From contig CAZJJA010000001.1 of NCBI GenBank assembly GCA_964546235.1, forward strand, positions 1 through 62,980: a stretch of 62,980 nucleotides of DNA, given 5' to 3'. Below, piece after piece: positions 9,769-19,143 of the stretch. Below the pieces are notes generated by a model. That model was not told where the DNA came from and made no database searches. It saw only the letters and a list, made by a program, of their open reading frames with translations. The position numbers were made by a program, and so were the translations under genes. The DNA comes from an uncultured Thermofilaceae archaeon (GTDB lineage: Archaea > Thermoproteota > Thermoprotei > Thermofilales > Thermofilaceae). Position 1 is the stretch's first letter. Every line of letters starts with the position of its first letter.

Positions 9769-10228
9769 ACCTCTTTATTAAATAGAGAGAAATAGCGACA
9801 AGACCTATTGCACCTATATCTTCTTCAATATCATCCGGATATACTAGCTTTCCCATTTTCATTTCTCTCATCGACAAACCAGGCTCAGAGCCTCCAAATA
9901 TAACCAAAACCCTTTTTGCTCCGCCTACTGTGGATTCCCAGACCTTTGTCAACGCTTCTCCTCCGTACTTTTTAGGCATAACTGTTAAAACAATATCAGG
10001 ATTTACTACATCAATAACATCTTCTAAGTCTGACAAGAAAACAAGGTTTAATCCGAGCTTTAATGCTATTTTTTGTGCTTCGGGTACGCCCGACTGAGCA
10101 GCGGATCCCGAAGCCTTCGAGATTATAAATGTCTTAAAGCCTAGTCCGTATACTATTTTTGCAGCTTCCACTACTTTTTGCGCGGAAACAACGTTGTGTA
10201 ATACCGGGATAACAACTATATCCGACAT
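9761..10228 (-). CDS. Conserved archaeal hypothetical protein (alpha/beta fold, function unknown)
   Basis: 155 aa with clean coding composition. Convergent with rpl37e. No catalytic motif recognised. Confidence 0.55.
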   Translation of the reverse strand: MSDIVVIPVLHNVVSAQKVVEAAKIVYGLGFKTFIISKASGSAAQSGVPEAQKIALKLGLNLVFLSDLEDVIDVVNPDIVLTVMPKKYGGEALTKVWESTVGGAKRVLVIFGGSEPGLSMREMKMGKLVYPDDIEEDIGAIGLVAISLYLIKRFI

Positions 10229-10251
10229 ACCTTCTGTTAAACAGGCATGGA

Positions 10252-11226
10252 TTATATCTCCTTTTCTTCTTTCAGATACTTTAAAACAACTGATGCAATA
10301 GCTTTGGACAATGCAACTGGAACTGCTTCGCCAACCTGATTAAACTGTATATCACGTCCTCCGAGAAAAACATGGTTGTCTGGAAAACTCATAAGTCTCG
10401 CTTGTTCCCTTACAGTCAATATTCTGTCTTCAAATGGGTGAACAAACCTCGAAGACCCCATTACTGTAGGAGCTATCTTGTAGGGATGCAGCCGGACGTA
10501 GTTGGTTAGCACGCGCCCCCCATACCCTCTATAGTATACTAGTGCTTCTCCCCATCTCAACTTAGCCATTCTCTTCTGCTTGCTCTTGCTTACTGGAACA
10601 TATTCATGATTAGGAATTCCATAAAAGGGATCTGGAGGGGGCAAATCCCCTATAGCATCTATCACTTTAACTCTTTTTTTCAATTTTTTTGGACGTATTT
10701 TTATGTTTGATATAAAAACTCTATGTCTATGTGAAGGATTTCCATAATCTTCAGCATATAACCTGTTAAAATATATCTCCTCATAGCCTACCCTTTTAAA
10801 CTCCTCGCGTAATACTTCATCGAGCCCATCATCCATTATTCCAGGAACATTCTCCATCACAAAGACTCTAGGTCTCAAATCTCCAACAAATCTAATAAAA
10901 TGCAAAACCAGTACTCCTAGCGGATCTTCATAAAGCCTTTCCAGGGGATTTTTGCGCCGCCTAGGGTTAGCTCTAGTAAAAGCCTCACAGGGAGGACCCC
11001 CTATGATCACATCTGGACTTTCTCCAATTATATCTAATACGTCTTTAGCGTGCACTTTCTTTATATCTTCGACTATAACATGCACATCAGGAAAATTAAC
11101 TTTATAGGTTTCAGCAACAATTTCGTGATTTTCAATTGCTAATAATATCTTAAAACCCAAATCAACAAATCCTCTTGTAAAACCTCCTGCCCCTGCAAAG
11201 AGATCTATAACCGTATACATAGCCAT
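10252..11226 (-). CDS. DNA (cytosine-5)-methyltransferase family protein
   Basis: 324 aa with motif I DLFAGAGGFTRGF, motif IV GGPPCEAFT, motif VI ENVPG and C-terminal QVGEAVPVALSKAI. Confidence 0.85.
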   Translation of the reverse strand: MAMYTVIDLFAGAGGFTRGFVDLGFKILLAIENHEIVAETYKVNFPDVHVIVEDIKKVHAKDVLDIIGESPDVIIGGPPCEAFTRANPRRRKNPLERLYEDPLGVLVLHFIRFVGDLRPRVFVMENVPGIMDDGLDEVLREEFKRVGYEEIYFNRLYAEDYGNPSHRHRVFISNIKIRPKKLKKRVKVIDAIGDLPPPDPFYGIPNHEYVPVSKSKQKRMAKLRWGEALVYYRGYGGRVLTNYVRLHPYKIAPTVMGSSRFVHPFEDRILTVREQARLMSFPDNHVFLGGRDIQFNQVGEAVPVALSKAIASVVLKYLKEEKEI

Positions 11227-11254
11227 AAATGGACTATAATAGTCTAATATATGA

Positions 11255-11561
11255 GTGCCGAGGGCCGATCGTACCCCCCCTTCCGTTTAGGCGGGATCCC
11301 TCTAAGGGTCCACCCGGACCTCGCGCGGGTCTCATAGGTCCTATTTGACCCTAAACCCACGGGACGGCTCTTTCACCCCTCCCTCCGGTGTCACTCACCT
11401 TACGGGATCATTTCCATCCACCGGAGTGGGTATGTTTCTGTGCCGTTGCCACGGCTTTCGCCGTGCCGCTTGCGCGGCCGTGGGCCCGCGGATTTGGGGG
11501 AGGTTCCACAGCTCCTCCTGTCGCCAGGAGGAGCCGGCGCCCGCCCGTCGGCCCTCGGCAC
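11255..11561 (-). ncRNA. rnpB: RNase P RNA
   Basis: GC island with a terminal helix (GUGCCGAGGGCCG/CGGCCCUCGGCAC). The minus strand carries RNase P-like blocks ...CACAGAAACAUACC..., GGGGUGAAAGAGCC, GGUCAAAUAGGACCUAUGAGACC and a G-rich P4-like 3' strand. Confidence 0.7.
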
Positions 11562-11586
11562 TCATTTTATTATTATCGTAAGAAAC

Positions 11587-11594
11587 TTTAAAAA
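11587..11594 (-). promoter_or_regulatory. TATA-like box upstream of RNase P RNA
   Basis: Minus strand TTTTTAAA lies about 25 nt upstream of the RNase P RNA 5' helix, immediately after a T run that follows the SRP RNA. Confidence 0.4.
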
Positions 11595-11597
11595 TAT

Positions 11598-11925
11598 GGG
11601 TCCGGCGGGCATCCCCCGGAAGTGGCTCTTCCTACCCAGTGTATCACTATACACCCATTCTCACACCAGCTACCCCGTGAACGCGCTCCGCAGGTCTTAG
11701 GGCCGCTCCCTCCCGGGCCTAACCCGGTTCGACCTGTTCGGTGCTTCGGCCCCTCTTACGAGAGACCTAGCACCACGGAGCGCCCCACGGGACTGGTGTT
11801 CATCGTCTGAGCGTATAGTGATACACTGGGCGGTGTAGAGCGCCTCCCGGGGTTAACGCCCCCCGCCGTAAGCCCATTTGCGGTTACAGGGCAGGGCTAG
11901 CTCCCCGGGGCACCCCGCCGGACCC
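11598..11925 (-). ncRNA. ffs: Signal recognition particle (7S) RNA
   Basis: GC island closed by GGGUCCGGCGGG/CCCGCCGGACCC. The minus strand has the Alu-domain motif ...CCCUGUAACC... and the S-domain motif ...GGCCCGGGAGGGAGCGGCC.... A long helix 5 is formed by AGUGUAUCACUAUAC/GUAUAGUGAUACACU. Confidence 0.7.
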
Positions 11926-11947
11926 AAGTCTCACACTGATTTCAGAA

Positions 11948-11955
11948 TATAAAAT
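11948..11955 (-). promoter_or_regulatory. TATA-like box upstream of SRP RNA
   Basis: Minus strand ATTTTATA, with 22 nt between the box and the first G of the SRP RNA. Confidence 0.4.
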
Positions 11956-12099
11956 CTTTGTGTTACTCTGCATAAACGATAAATAATGGCAATAAAACCT
12001 GTCTTGTGTCATCTAGTTCTTTTATAGCGTCTTTGACGATACCTTATTGTATAAGTTTAAAAAGCATATTTTTATAGAGTCTTAGGGGAGGTGAATATA

Positions 12100-12663
12100 G
12101 TGTATAAGCTCATTGAGATTGAGGATATTATTCGAATACCTCCAAACCTGTTTTCAAAACCCCTTAAGGAAGCAGCCTTGGATGTTTTGAAAGAAAACTT
12201 TGAAGGTAAAGTAATAGAGAATATAGGTGTTATTGTATCCATTCTGGATGTCGATATATCGGAGTATGGCTACTTAACATTTAATGATGGTAGTCTATAT
12301 CATACAGCTAGGTTTAAGGTCTTAGCCTTTAGCCCGGTGAATCAGGAAGTCGTAGAGGGAGAAGTTGTTCTTGTTGAAAACATTGGAATAACTGTGAGAC
12401 TTGGTGCTGTTGACGGTTTTATACACAGGTCACAGGTTTTTGCTAGTAGGAACGTTATCTACGATAGAGACCAGGGTATTGTATTTGATGAACAAAGTAA
12501 GCGAGTAATAAGAAAAGGCGATATTGTTAGAGCACGTGTAACAGGAATAAGCTATGATGAAAGAAAAGGCACGTTAAGGATAAGGATGACTATGAGACAA
12601 CCATATCTTGGAAAACTAGAATATCTCAAACAAGAAAAAAGCAAGGGTGAACAAAATGCCTAG
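12100..12663 (+). CDS. rpoE: DNA-directed RNA polymerase subunit E' (Rpo7)
   Basis: MYKLIEIEDIIRIPPNLF start (GTG at 12100 preceded by GGGGAGGTGA; alternative GTG at 12091). S1 domain with GEVVLVENIGITVRLGAVDGFIH. Confidence 0.85.
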   Translation: MYKLIEIEDIIRIPPNLFSKPLKEAALDVLKENFEGKVIENIGVIVSILDVDISEYGYLTFNDGSLYHTARFKVLAFSPVNQEVVEGEVVLVENIGITVRLGAVDGFIHRSQVFASRNVIYDRDQGIVFDEQSKRVIRKGDIVRARVTGISYDERKGTLRIRMTMRQPYLGKLEYLKQEKSKGEQNA

Positions 12664-12862
12664 AAAAAAGCTTCCGCTTAAAGCGTGTGTAAAATGCAAA
12701 ACTCTTGTTTCTGAAGATGTAGAAATTTGTCCTAACTGCGGTTCAACGGAATTCTCAGACGATTGGGAGGGGCTAGTAATTATTATAGACAAAGATAGCT
12801 CTGAAATAGCAAAAATACTTGATATAGACAAAGCGGGTTTATATGCCATCAAGGTCAGATAA
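12647..12862 (+). CDS. spt4: Transcription elongation factor Spt4 (RpoE'')
   Basis: 71 aa with zinc ribbon CVKCKTLV...CPNCGS followed by DDWEGLVIIID. Overlaps the rpoE stop. Confidence 0.85.
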   Translation: MNKMPRKKLPLKACVKCKTLVSEDVEICPNCGSTEFSDDWEGLVIIIDKDSSEIAKILDIDKAGLYAIKVR

Positions 12863-13427
12863 AAATAAAATCACACTTATTTTAAAAAGGAACAAAGAAT
12901 CTCTTCAAACGCTCGGATATTCATGGGGATATATAATATTTGATGATCCGCCATCATCTGTATTTACCGTAAAAAGTTTAATTGAGGAATCTTTAGGAAA
13001 AAAAGACTATATAATTATAACAGTAGGGGACGTTGTGTCCTACAATTTTATGAAATATTTTAAAAGCAACTTAATGATCATTGATTTAAAAAATAAAAGA
13101 GAAGAAAGATTTATTTTTTCAAATCATTTAAAAAACAATATAAATATAATTCATTGCAGAAATAATCCCGGCACAATATCTTTTAACTGTATAAACGTCC
13201 TTAAAGATATACTTTCTAAATTAAAACCAGATGATAAGATAGTGTTATATGTTGAAGGGGAGGAAGATCTATTATCCTTGGTATGTTTAGCAGTTTGCAG
13301 AAATCAAAATATGTTTATTGTATATGGGAATTGGAAGGGATTTCTGGAATTATTCCCATGTAACATTATCTTTAAGAAAACAGCATTAAATTTATTAAAA
13401 AAATATTTTATTTTATCTTTTTCATAA
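12843..13427 (+). CDS. GTP-dependent dephospho-CoA kinase (DUF359 family)
   Basis: 194 aa with TVGDVVSYN and VEGEEDLLSLV motifs. Sits in the conserved position after spt4. Very AT-rich. Confidence 0.65.
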   Translation: MPSRSDKNKITLILKRNKESLQTLGYSWGYIIFDDPPSSVFTVKSLIEESLGKKDYIIITVGDVVSYNFMKYFKSNLMIIDLKNKREERFIFSNHLKNNINIIHCRNNPGTISFNCINVLKDILSKLKPDDKIVLYVEGEEDLLSLVCLAVCRNQNMFIVYGNWKGFLELFPCNIIFKKTALNLLKKYFILSFS

Positions 13428-14261
13428 AATATTATTAGATTTTATATATCTGATATTTTCTCTTAGAGTTGAAAATGATATACCTATTGTATCAGAATAT
13501 TTTTTCATCGAAATTTTTTTATCATATAGCTGTCTTATCACACAAAAAACTAAAGCCGCATAAATATTTTTCATATTTCTTCCATTAAATTTAATATTAT
13601 TTTCAAGTATTTTTTGAACTTTTTCATAAATTATTTTTCTATTTAACATGTATTCTTTAGATATTTTATTAATTATATAGTTAATGTAGTTGGTATAATC
13701 TTCCCTTCTTTTAATATATCCTATTTTACGTAGAATATGTAAACCCTCCATTAAATTTGACAATGAGAATCTATACCCATTTTGCTTGAATATATATACA
13801 AGTTGTTTTGATGAAATATAATAATTTTTACTTTTTAACCTAATATATAATATTGCAGCTAGAATAGATATATATTTTGTGGTGTATCTTTTATAATATC
13901 CTCCTTTAAAGATTCTTTGTAAAACAAAAACATACTCTCTCCAAATAGACTCAGTATATTGTGGAGAAAGATCCATGCTATAACATATTTTCTTCATAAT
14001 CTTCTCAGTTCTTAAAAGTGCAGAATAAAACGTATCATATGATGCTTTAATGTTAACATTGCTTAGATTCTTTACAACCTTATTGTATTTTGAATTAGCA
14101 TAAGAAGGCAGGATATATGAACCTATGGTATATTCTGTGTATTTTTCTCCTCTAGAAAGCTGATATACTGGAAAACCGTCGTAGACAAGCCCACAATTAC
14201 TACATACATAGTAACCTTCTGGTGCTACTATTATTTTTCCGCCACATTCTCTACACTTCAT
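13422..14261 (-). CDS. Divergent TFIIB/TFB-like transcription factor paralog
   Basis: 279 aa. N-terminal zinc ribbon CRECGG...YVCSNCGLVYD, then cyclin-like repeats (ISILAAILYIRLKSKNYYISSKQL; IYAALVFCVIRQLYDKKISMKKYS). No clear B-finger. Extremely AT-rich. Confidence 0.6.
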   Translation of the reverse strand: MKCRECGGKIIVAPEGYYVCSNCGLVYDGFPVYQLSRGEKYTEYTIGSYILPSYANSKYNKVVKNLSNVNIKASYDTFYSALLRTEKIMKKICYSMDLSPQYTESIWREYVFVLQRIFKGGYYKRYTTKYISILAAILYIRLKSKNYYISSKQLVYIFKQNGYRFSLSNLMEGLHILRKIGYIKRREDYTNYINYIINKISKEYMLNRKIIYEKVQKILENNIKFNGRNMKNIYAALVFCVIRQLYDKKISMKKYSDTIGISFSTLRENIRYIKSNNIL

Positions 14262-14344
14262 GGCATGTTTAGAACACTATTTAATTGTTTATAGAAATTA
14301 GAGGAAAAATTGGAGAGGGAATAATGTACGAAAAACTAATATAT

Positions 14345-14602
14345 TTATCGTTCAAAACCTTCTACTACAAGCATTGTAAGAGTTCTTCTTATACCTTTTA
14401 TCCTTCTTATCTTTGATAACATTACTTCACGGATCTCTTCATTAGTCTTTCCCTTAATTTTCACAATAATATCATATACACCATATAGAAGATATGCTTC
14501 ATTTACTTCAGGAACTTTTTTTATTTCTTCCAAAATTTGTCTCTCTTTGCCTATCTCACAATTAATTAATACAAAAACCACAGCTTCTTTCTCATTGCTC
14601 AT
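14345..14602 (-). CDS. Stand-alone Lrp/AsnC ligand-binding (RAM) domain protein
   Basis: 85 aa. VFVLINCEIGKERQILEEIKKVPEVNEAYLLYGVYDIIVKI is typical of RAM domains. Confidence 0.7.
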   Translation of the reverse strand: MSNEKEAVVFVLINCEIGKERQILEEIKKVPEVNEAYLLYGVYDIIVKIKGKTNEEIREVMLSKIRRIKGIRRTLTMLVVEGFER

Positions 14603-14671
14603 ACATTACATATTTCTATTCCCTAGATATATTTATAATCCCCCTCCCCATCAAACTAGAAAACAGCAGAG

Positions 14672-15184
14672 GTGTGCTATATGGAAATTTTATGGGCTCC
14701 TTGGAGAATGAAATACATAGAATACACAATTATCGAGAAAGAAAAGACCTGCTTCATATGTGATGCCGTAAAATCAAAAAACCTTAAAGAAAACCTTGTC
14801 ATATTTAAGGGACAACATACCGTCCTATTAATGAACAAGTATCCATACAATACAGGTCATCTTCTACTTTCACCTATAAAACATATAGGATCTCTTGATC
14901 AATTAACAAAAGAAGAACTTTGTTCTCTAAACATCATGTTAAAAAACACAATAAACATGCTGAAAAAAGCATTAAATCCCGACGGATTTAACATAGGTAT
15001 AAACCTTGGCCAGACCGCTGGAGCTGGACTGGAAGATCATCTACATATACACATCGTACCACGTTGGAATGGAGATACGAATTTTATGCCAGTTATATCA
15101 CATACTAAAGTGATCCCAGAATCATTAAATGACACATATGAAAAACTAATAAAATATCAACATATTCTCAGTGAAAAAGATTAA
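14672..15184 (+). CDS. HIT family nucleotide hydrolase/transferase
   Basis: 170 aa with histidine triad HLHIHIVPR. Confidence 0.8.
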   Translation: MCYMEILWAPWRMKYIEYTIIEKEKTCFICDAVKSKNLKENLVIFKGQHTVLLMNKYPYNTGHLLLSPIKHIGSLDQLTKEELCSLNIMLKNTINMLKKALNPDGFNIGINLGQTAGAGLEDHLHIHIVPRWNGDTNFMPVISHTKVIPESLNDTYEKLIKYQHILSEKD

Positions 15185-16470
15185 CCTTTTAGATAACCAT
15201 AGCCTATTAGCCGCCAACGACCAGCTATTTGGCGGCTAATAGCCACTCTAGCTCCAACATCAGCCACTATGGGAACCCTAAGCTTTAAATGAGCAATACC
15301 GTCATGTAGGCTAGTTATTATCCCTAGAGAAACAGCTGTACCCACGTTCAACATTAGGGGTTCTCGTAATCTGAGCTTTTCAACCTTCATTGGTTTATCG
15401 ACTCCCACTACCCTTTCTAATAGGTGATACTCTAGATCGATTTCGTTCCACATAGGTGGTAGGGTCCCCGGCTTCCCAACAACGTTCCCCAATAAGTTAT
15501 CTCCTTTTGTTATGCTTGGATCTAATGTTGTACCTACACCAACTAGCCCACCAGGATAAGCTATTTTTAATGGCTCATTACCCGATTTGAGACTCGTGAT
15601 TTCTGCGTATAGAGCTTCGTATCTTTCCCCTCCTTTATCCTTTATCTTTATTCCGGGTCTTATCTCTATTTCATCCCCTACGCTAAACTTTCCTTGAATA
15701 ATAGTACCGCCCAATACTCCACCAACTATATCTTTAACACTTGTACCAGGCTTGTTCACATCAAACGATCTTACAACAAGCATCCGGGGAGGCTTAGAGG
15801 TATCCCTTTTAGGCGTCGGTATATATTTTTCAATAGCCCAGACAACAGCGTCAATATTTACCTTGTGGAGAGCCGATACAGGAATTATAGGAGCATCCTC
15901 GGCCCATGTACCTTCAATAAAATCTTTAATTTCTCGATAGTTCTCCCTAGCTCTTTCTTTACTTACTATATCTATTTTGTTCTGCACTATAACAAGGTTC
16001 CTCACACCTATGGTGGTTAATGCCATAAAGTGTTCTCTAGTCTGAGGTTGAGGACATTTTTTGCTAGCATCAATAATTAGAAGTGCACCATCCATTAGTG
16101 CGGCGCCGGCCAACATTATAGCCATCAACATCTCGTGTCCAGGAACATCAATAAATGAAACCTTTCTCAAGAATTCAAGAGGAGCACCACAGTATTTGCA
16201 TTTTAGGTCTTCGCTTGCCATAGCCGAGGTGTAGTACGACCTTGGAATAGGACATTTAGGACAACGATAGATACTTGTATCAGCATATCCTATCTTAAGA
16301 GTTATTCCTCTCTTAAGTTCCTCCGAATACCTTGCCGCCCATATACCAGTAAGTGCCTCGATAAGCGTGGTTTTTCCGTGGTCTACATGCCCTGCAGTTC
16401 CAATGTTGACTAATGGTTGCTTCCTTTTTGCTTCTTCGAACTCGTCCGTCGCACTCATCATAACATCCAC
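15181..16470 (-). CDS. eif2g: Translation initiation factor aIF2 gamma subunit
   Basis: 429 aa with G1 GHVDHGKTTL, zinc knuckle CPKC...CKYCG and G4 NKID. Confidence 0.9.
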   Translation of the reverse strand: MDVMMSATDEFEEAKRKQPLVNIGTAGHVDHGKTTLIEALTGIWAARYSEELKRGITLKIGYADTSIYRCPKCPIPRSYYTSAMASEDLKCKYCGAPLEFLRKVSFIDVPGHEMLMAIMLAGAALMDGALLIIDASKKCPQPQTREHFMALTTIGVRNLVIVQNKIDIVSKERARENYREIKDFIEGTWAEDAPIIPVSALHKVNIDAVVWAIEKYIPTPKRDTSKPPRMLVVRSFDVNKPGTSVKDIVGGVLGGTIIQGKFSVGDEIEIRPGIKIKDKGGERYEALYAEITSLKSGNEPLKIAYPGGLVGVGTTLDPSITKGDNLLGNVVGKPGTLPPMWNEIDLEYHLLERVVGVDKPMKVEKLRLREPLMLNVGTAVSLGIITSLHDGIAHLKLRVPIVADVGARVAISRQIAGRWRLIGYGYLKG

Positions 16471-16562
16471 TAATACCCCTATCTTGCCTCTAATAAAAAC
16501 TACCTAAGATATCGATAGTAAATTTTAACTCTTTGATCTAGTAAGATGATACGAATATTAGA

Positions 16563-17183
16563 ATGTGGGAGGAGGAAGAAGGTATAGTTGAAAAGATTAG
16601 AGACTTTATTGATGACTTCGAAACCTATGTGGAGGTCTCACGCGTCGGTGAAATCGCCAGACGGTATTTTGTAATGAACGCCTTTGACGGAGCACTAACA
16701 ATGCTCGGCTTCGTTGTAGGTTCCTTTTTATCTGGACTTAAAGACCCGGAGGTAGTCGTCTCTGGGGGGCTGGGAGCCAGTTTCGCAATGGGTGTATCTG
16801 GCTTCGTCGGCGCTCTACTTAGCGAAAAAGCTGAAAGAGAAAGAGAAATAAAAGAATTGGAAAAAATACTTTTCACCAAACTTAAGGGAACAGGAAGTAT
16901 CGTTGAAAGAGCTAACACAATCGCCGTAATTTTGGCCGCGCTGATAGATGCTTTAGCACCAGCACTAGCTGCTATTGTATCAGCAGCACCTTTCATTTAT
17001 GCAATGTACTTTAAAATCAGCTTCTTCACAGCCATGACTGTCTCGATAACCATAACATTGACGATAGTATTTCTATTAGGATTCTATCTTGGAAAAATTT
17101 CCGGAGAAAATCCCATAAAATATGGACTAGTAATGGTCCTAGCTGGACTATTAATTTCCCTAGTAACTCTCTTCCATGTCTGA
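16563..17183 (+). CDS. VIT1/CCC1-family membrane protein
   Basis: 206 aa. NAFDGALTMLGFVVG followed by several TM helices matches the VIT family layout. Confidence 0.65.
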   Translation: MWEEEEGIVEKIRDFIDDFETYVEVSRVGEIARRYFVMNAFDGALTMLGFVVGSFLSGLKDPEVVVSGGLGASFAMGVSGFVGALLSEKAEREREIKELEKILFTKLKGTGSIVERANTIAVILAALIDALAPALAAIVSAAPFIYAMYFKISFFTAMTVSITITLTIVFLLGFYLGKISGENPIKYGLVMVLAGLLISLVTLFHV

Positions 17184-17272
17184 CACAATTTGGTAGAGAT
17201 AAAAGAATATCTATATCCACTATTCTCTAAATATTGTAAAACGGTGAAAAACTCTTGAGTGAAGAAGCAGAA

Positions 17273-17533
17273 ATGGGTATATCTAGGATAGTTATTGATG
17301 CGCAAAAACCTCGTGAAATAAGTATAGTTGACCTGGCACAAGCCTTAGTTGAAGCAGAGGGTGTATTTAAGGTAGATATTAACGTGACTGAAGTAGACGC
17401 GCGCACTGAAACTTTGAAAATAAACATTGCTGGATTCGCTGTCGATATAGACGCTATAGAAGATATTCTAGAAGAACATAGCACAGTGATTAGAAGTATA
17501 GATGCTGTTTCTGCTGAAAAGAAACAATTATAG
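17273..17533 (+). CDS. DUF211-family small protein
   Basis: MGISRIVIDAQKPREISIVDLAQAL...VDARTETLKINIAG. Commonly found next to VIT-like genes. The ORF-track start at 17255 is non-ATG. Confidence 0.6.
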   Translation: MGISRIVIDAQKPREISIVDLAQALVEAEGVFKVDINVTEVDARTETLKINIAGFAVDIDAIEDILEEHSTVIRSIDAVSAEKKQL

Positions 17534-17547
17534 GGTGGATTTTTAAA

Positions 17548-18426
17548 TTGACCTTTGACAATATAGCTTTTTATACATCAATTCCTACAATCACGTTTTC
17601 TGGCGTAGAAAACGATCCTTCTTCAGCTAAAGTTTTAATCTTAGGCGTTCCTTTCGACTCAACATCATCAAGAATGCCTGGCTCTCGATTAGCTCCAAAG
17701 CGGATACGCGAAGCGTCCTGGGAACTCGAGTCATACAACCCATATGTAGGGAAAGACCTAGAAGAACTACCAATAGCCGACCTAGGGGACATAAATCCAA
17801 CCACAAATTTTGTTCAGCTAGATAAAGTGATGAAAAAAGTCCTTGAAAAAATAGATTTTCACGACAAGATTCTTGTCACAATAGGAGGAGAACATATAAT
17901 ATCGTACCCTATACTCGACTATCTTCTTACACATTACAACATAGGCATAATAGTTTTTGATGCACATCTAGACCTTCGAGACGAATATCCAGTGAATGAT
18001 AAATTTACGCATGCTACTATCTTCAGAAGAATTCACGAGAACCATAATCCAAAAATATATTATTATAAACCTCGAGCCTTCTCAAAAGAAGAATATGAAT
18101 ATGCAATCGGAAAAAATACAATATTTTTAATAAAAAATAAAGATAAACTCATAAAAATAATTAAAAACACTACCTCTTATCTATACATCAGCATAGATAT
18201 TGACGCAATAGACCCTTCCTTCGCACCAGGTGTAGGAAATCCAGAGCCACTAGGCTTGTATCCAACGGAAATAATGAATATAATAGATTTAATCACCTCA
18301 CTGGCAAAGGACCGAATAATTGGTCTTGATTTAGTTGAAGTAAATCCACTAGTAGATGTCAACGATATAACTTCTTTTTTGGCAGCAAAAATAATTCAAG
18401 AAACAATTTTTAAACTATTCGATTAG
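17548..18426 (+). CDS. speB: Agmatinase / arginase-family ureohydrolase
   Basis: 292 aa with GGEHIISYP, FDAHLDLRD and SIDIDAIDPSFAPGVG metal-binding motifs. TTG start, so the exact start is uncertain. Confidence 0.8.
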   Translation: MTFDNIAFYTSIPTITFSGVENDPSSAKVLILGVPFDSTSSRMPGSRLAPKRIREASWELESYNPYVGKDLEELPIADLGDINPTTNFVQLDKVMKKVLEKIDFHDKILVTIGGEHIISYPILDYLLTHYNIGIIVFDAHLDLRDEYPVNDKFTHATIFRRIHENHNPKIYYYKPRAFSKEEYEYAIGKNTIFLIKNKDKLIKIIKNTTSYLYISIDIDAIDPSFAPGVGNPEPLGLYPTEIMNIIDLITSLAKDRIIGLDLVEVNPLVDVNDITSFLAAKIIQETIFKLFD

Positions 18427-18535
18427 TAGTTTATTTAAAGAAATAAAATCAAATAAATTCATAATAAAAGACTGAAGTTGTTACCCTACTTTACCGAGAA
18501 AAAGAATATAAAGGCTTTAAGTGACATAGCATTGC

Positions 18536-18694
18536 ATGTATAGTGAAGAAAAGATCTACAGATGCATGAGATGTGGACGGATATTTAGCAAAACCGAAAT
18601 GGAGACACTTCCCGGAATCAGATGCCCATACTGTGGCTTTCGAATAGTTGAAAAGGTAAGACCAGAAATACCTAAGAGAGTTAAGGCAATTTAA
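18536..18694 (+). CDS. rpoP: DNA-directed RNA polymerase subunit P (Rpo12)
   Basis: 52-aa ORF absent from the track. [52 protein letters not shown] is a CxxC...CxxC zinc ribbon typical of RpoP. Confidence 0.8.
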   Translation: MYSEEKIYRCMRCGRIFSKTEMETLPGIRCPYCGFRIVEKVRPEIPKRVKAI

Positions 18695-18749
18695 TGAGAA
18701 AAATTTAAAAAGAATAGATATGCTATAGAAAAAGGTTAAACGGGAGAAA

Positions 18750-19037
18750 ATGAGTAGCGACATACTTGAAGGGATATTAAAAGAGGTCTACAGAGAACAA
18801 GAACTCATAAAGATAAAAGTTGAGCGTAGAAAGGGTCGCAGAGAAGTTACTATAATTGAGGGCATAGATCCAAAACTATTTGATCTCCGATCCATTGTTT
18901 CTGAACTTAAATCTAAATTAGCATGCGGAGGAACTGCAAAAAACGGCCGCATAGAATTACAGGGAGATCATAGATACAGGGCGAAGGAGCTTCTAGTAGA
19001 ACTAGGCTTTCCAGAAAATAACATAGTCGTCGAGTAA
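18750..19037 (+). CDS. sui1: Translation initiation factor aIF1 (SUI1)
   Basis: 95 aa with [20 protein letters not shown]. Confidence 0.9.
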   Translation: MSSDILEGILKEVYREQELIKIKVERRKGRREVTIIEGIDPKLFDLRSIVSELKSKLACGGTAKNGRIELQGDHRYRAKELLVELGFPENNIVVE

Positions 19038-19143
19038 TTAAATAATATAGATTTTTTCTAAATTTTTATTTATTTTAAAGATAAACAGAAAAGTAATTTA
19101 TTATCGTAGAGTAAGATATACTCGGTGAGTTATATTGCAGGAT

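Noticed and set aside
11345-11810. Four plus-strand ORFs (62-86 aa, Pro/Arg/Gly/Ala-rich) from the six-frame track
   Set aside because: They lie entirely inside the GC-rich RNase P RNA and SRP RNA genes. Their composition reflects GC-rich structured RNA rather than this genome's AT-rich coding style.
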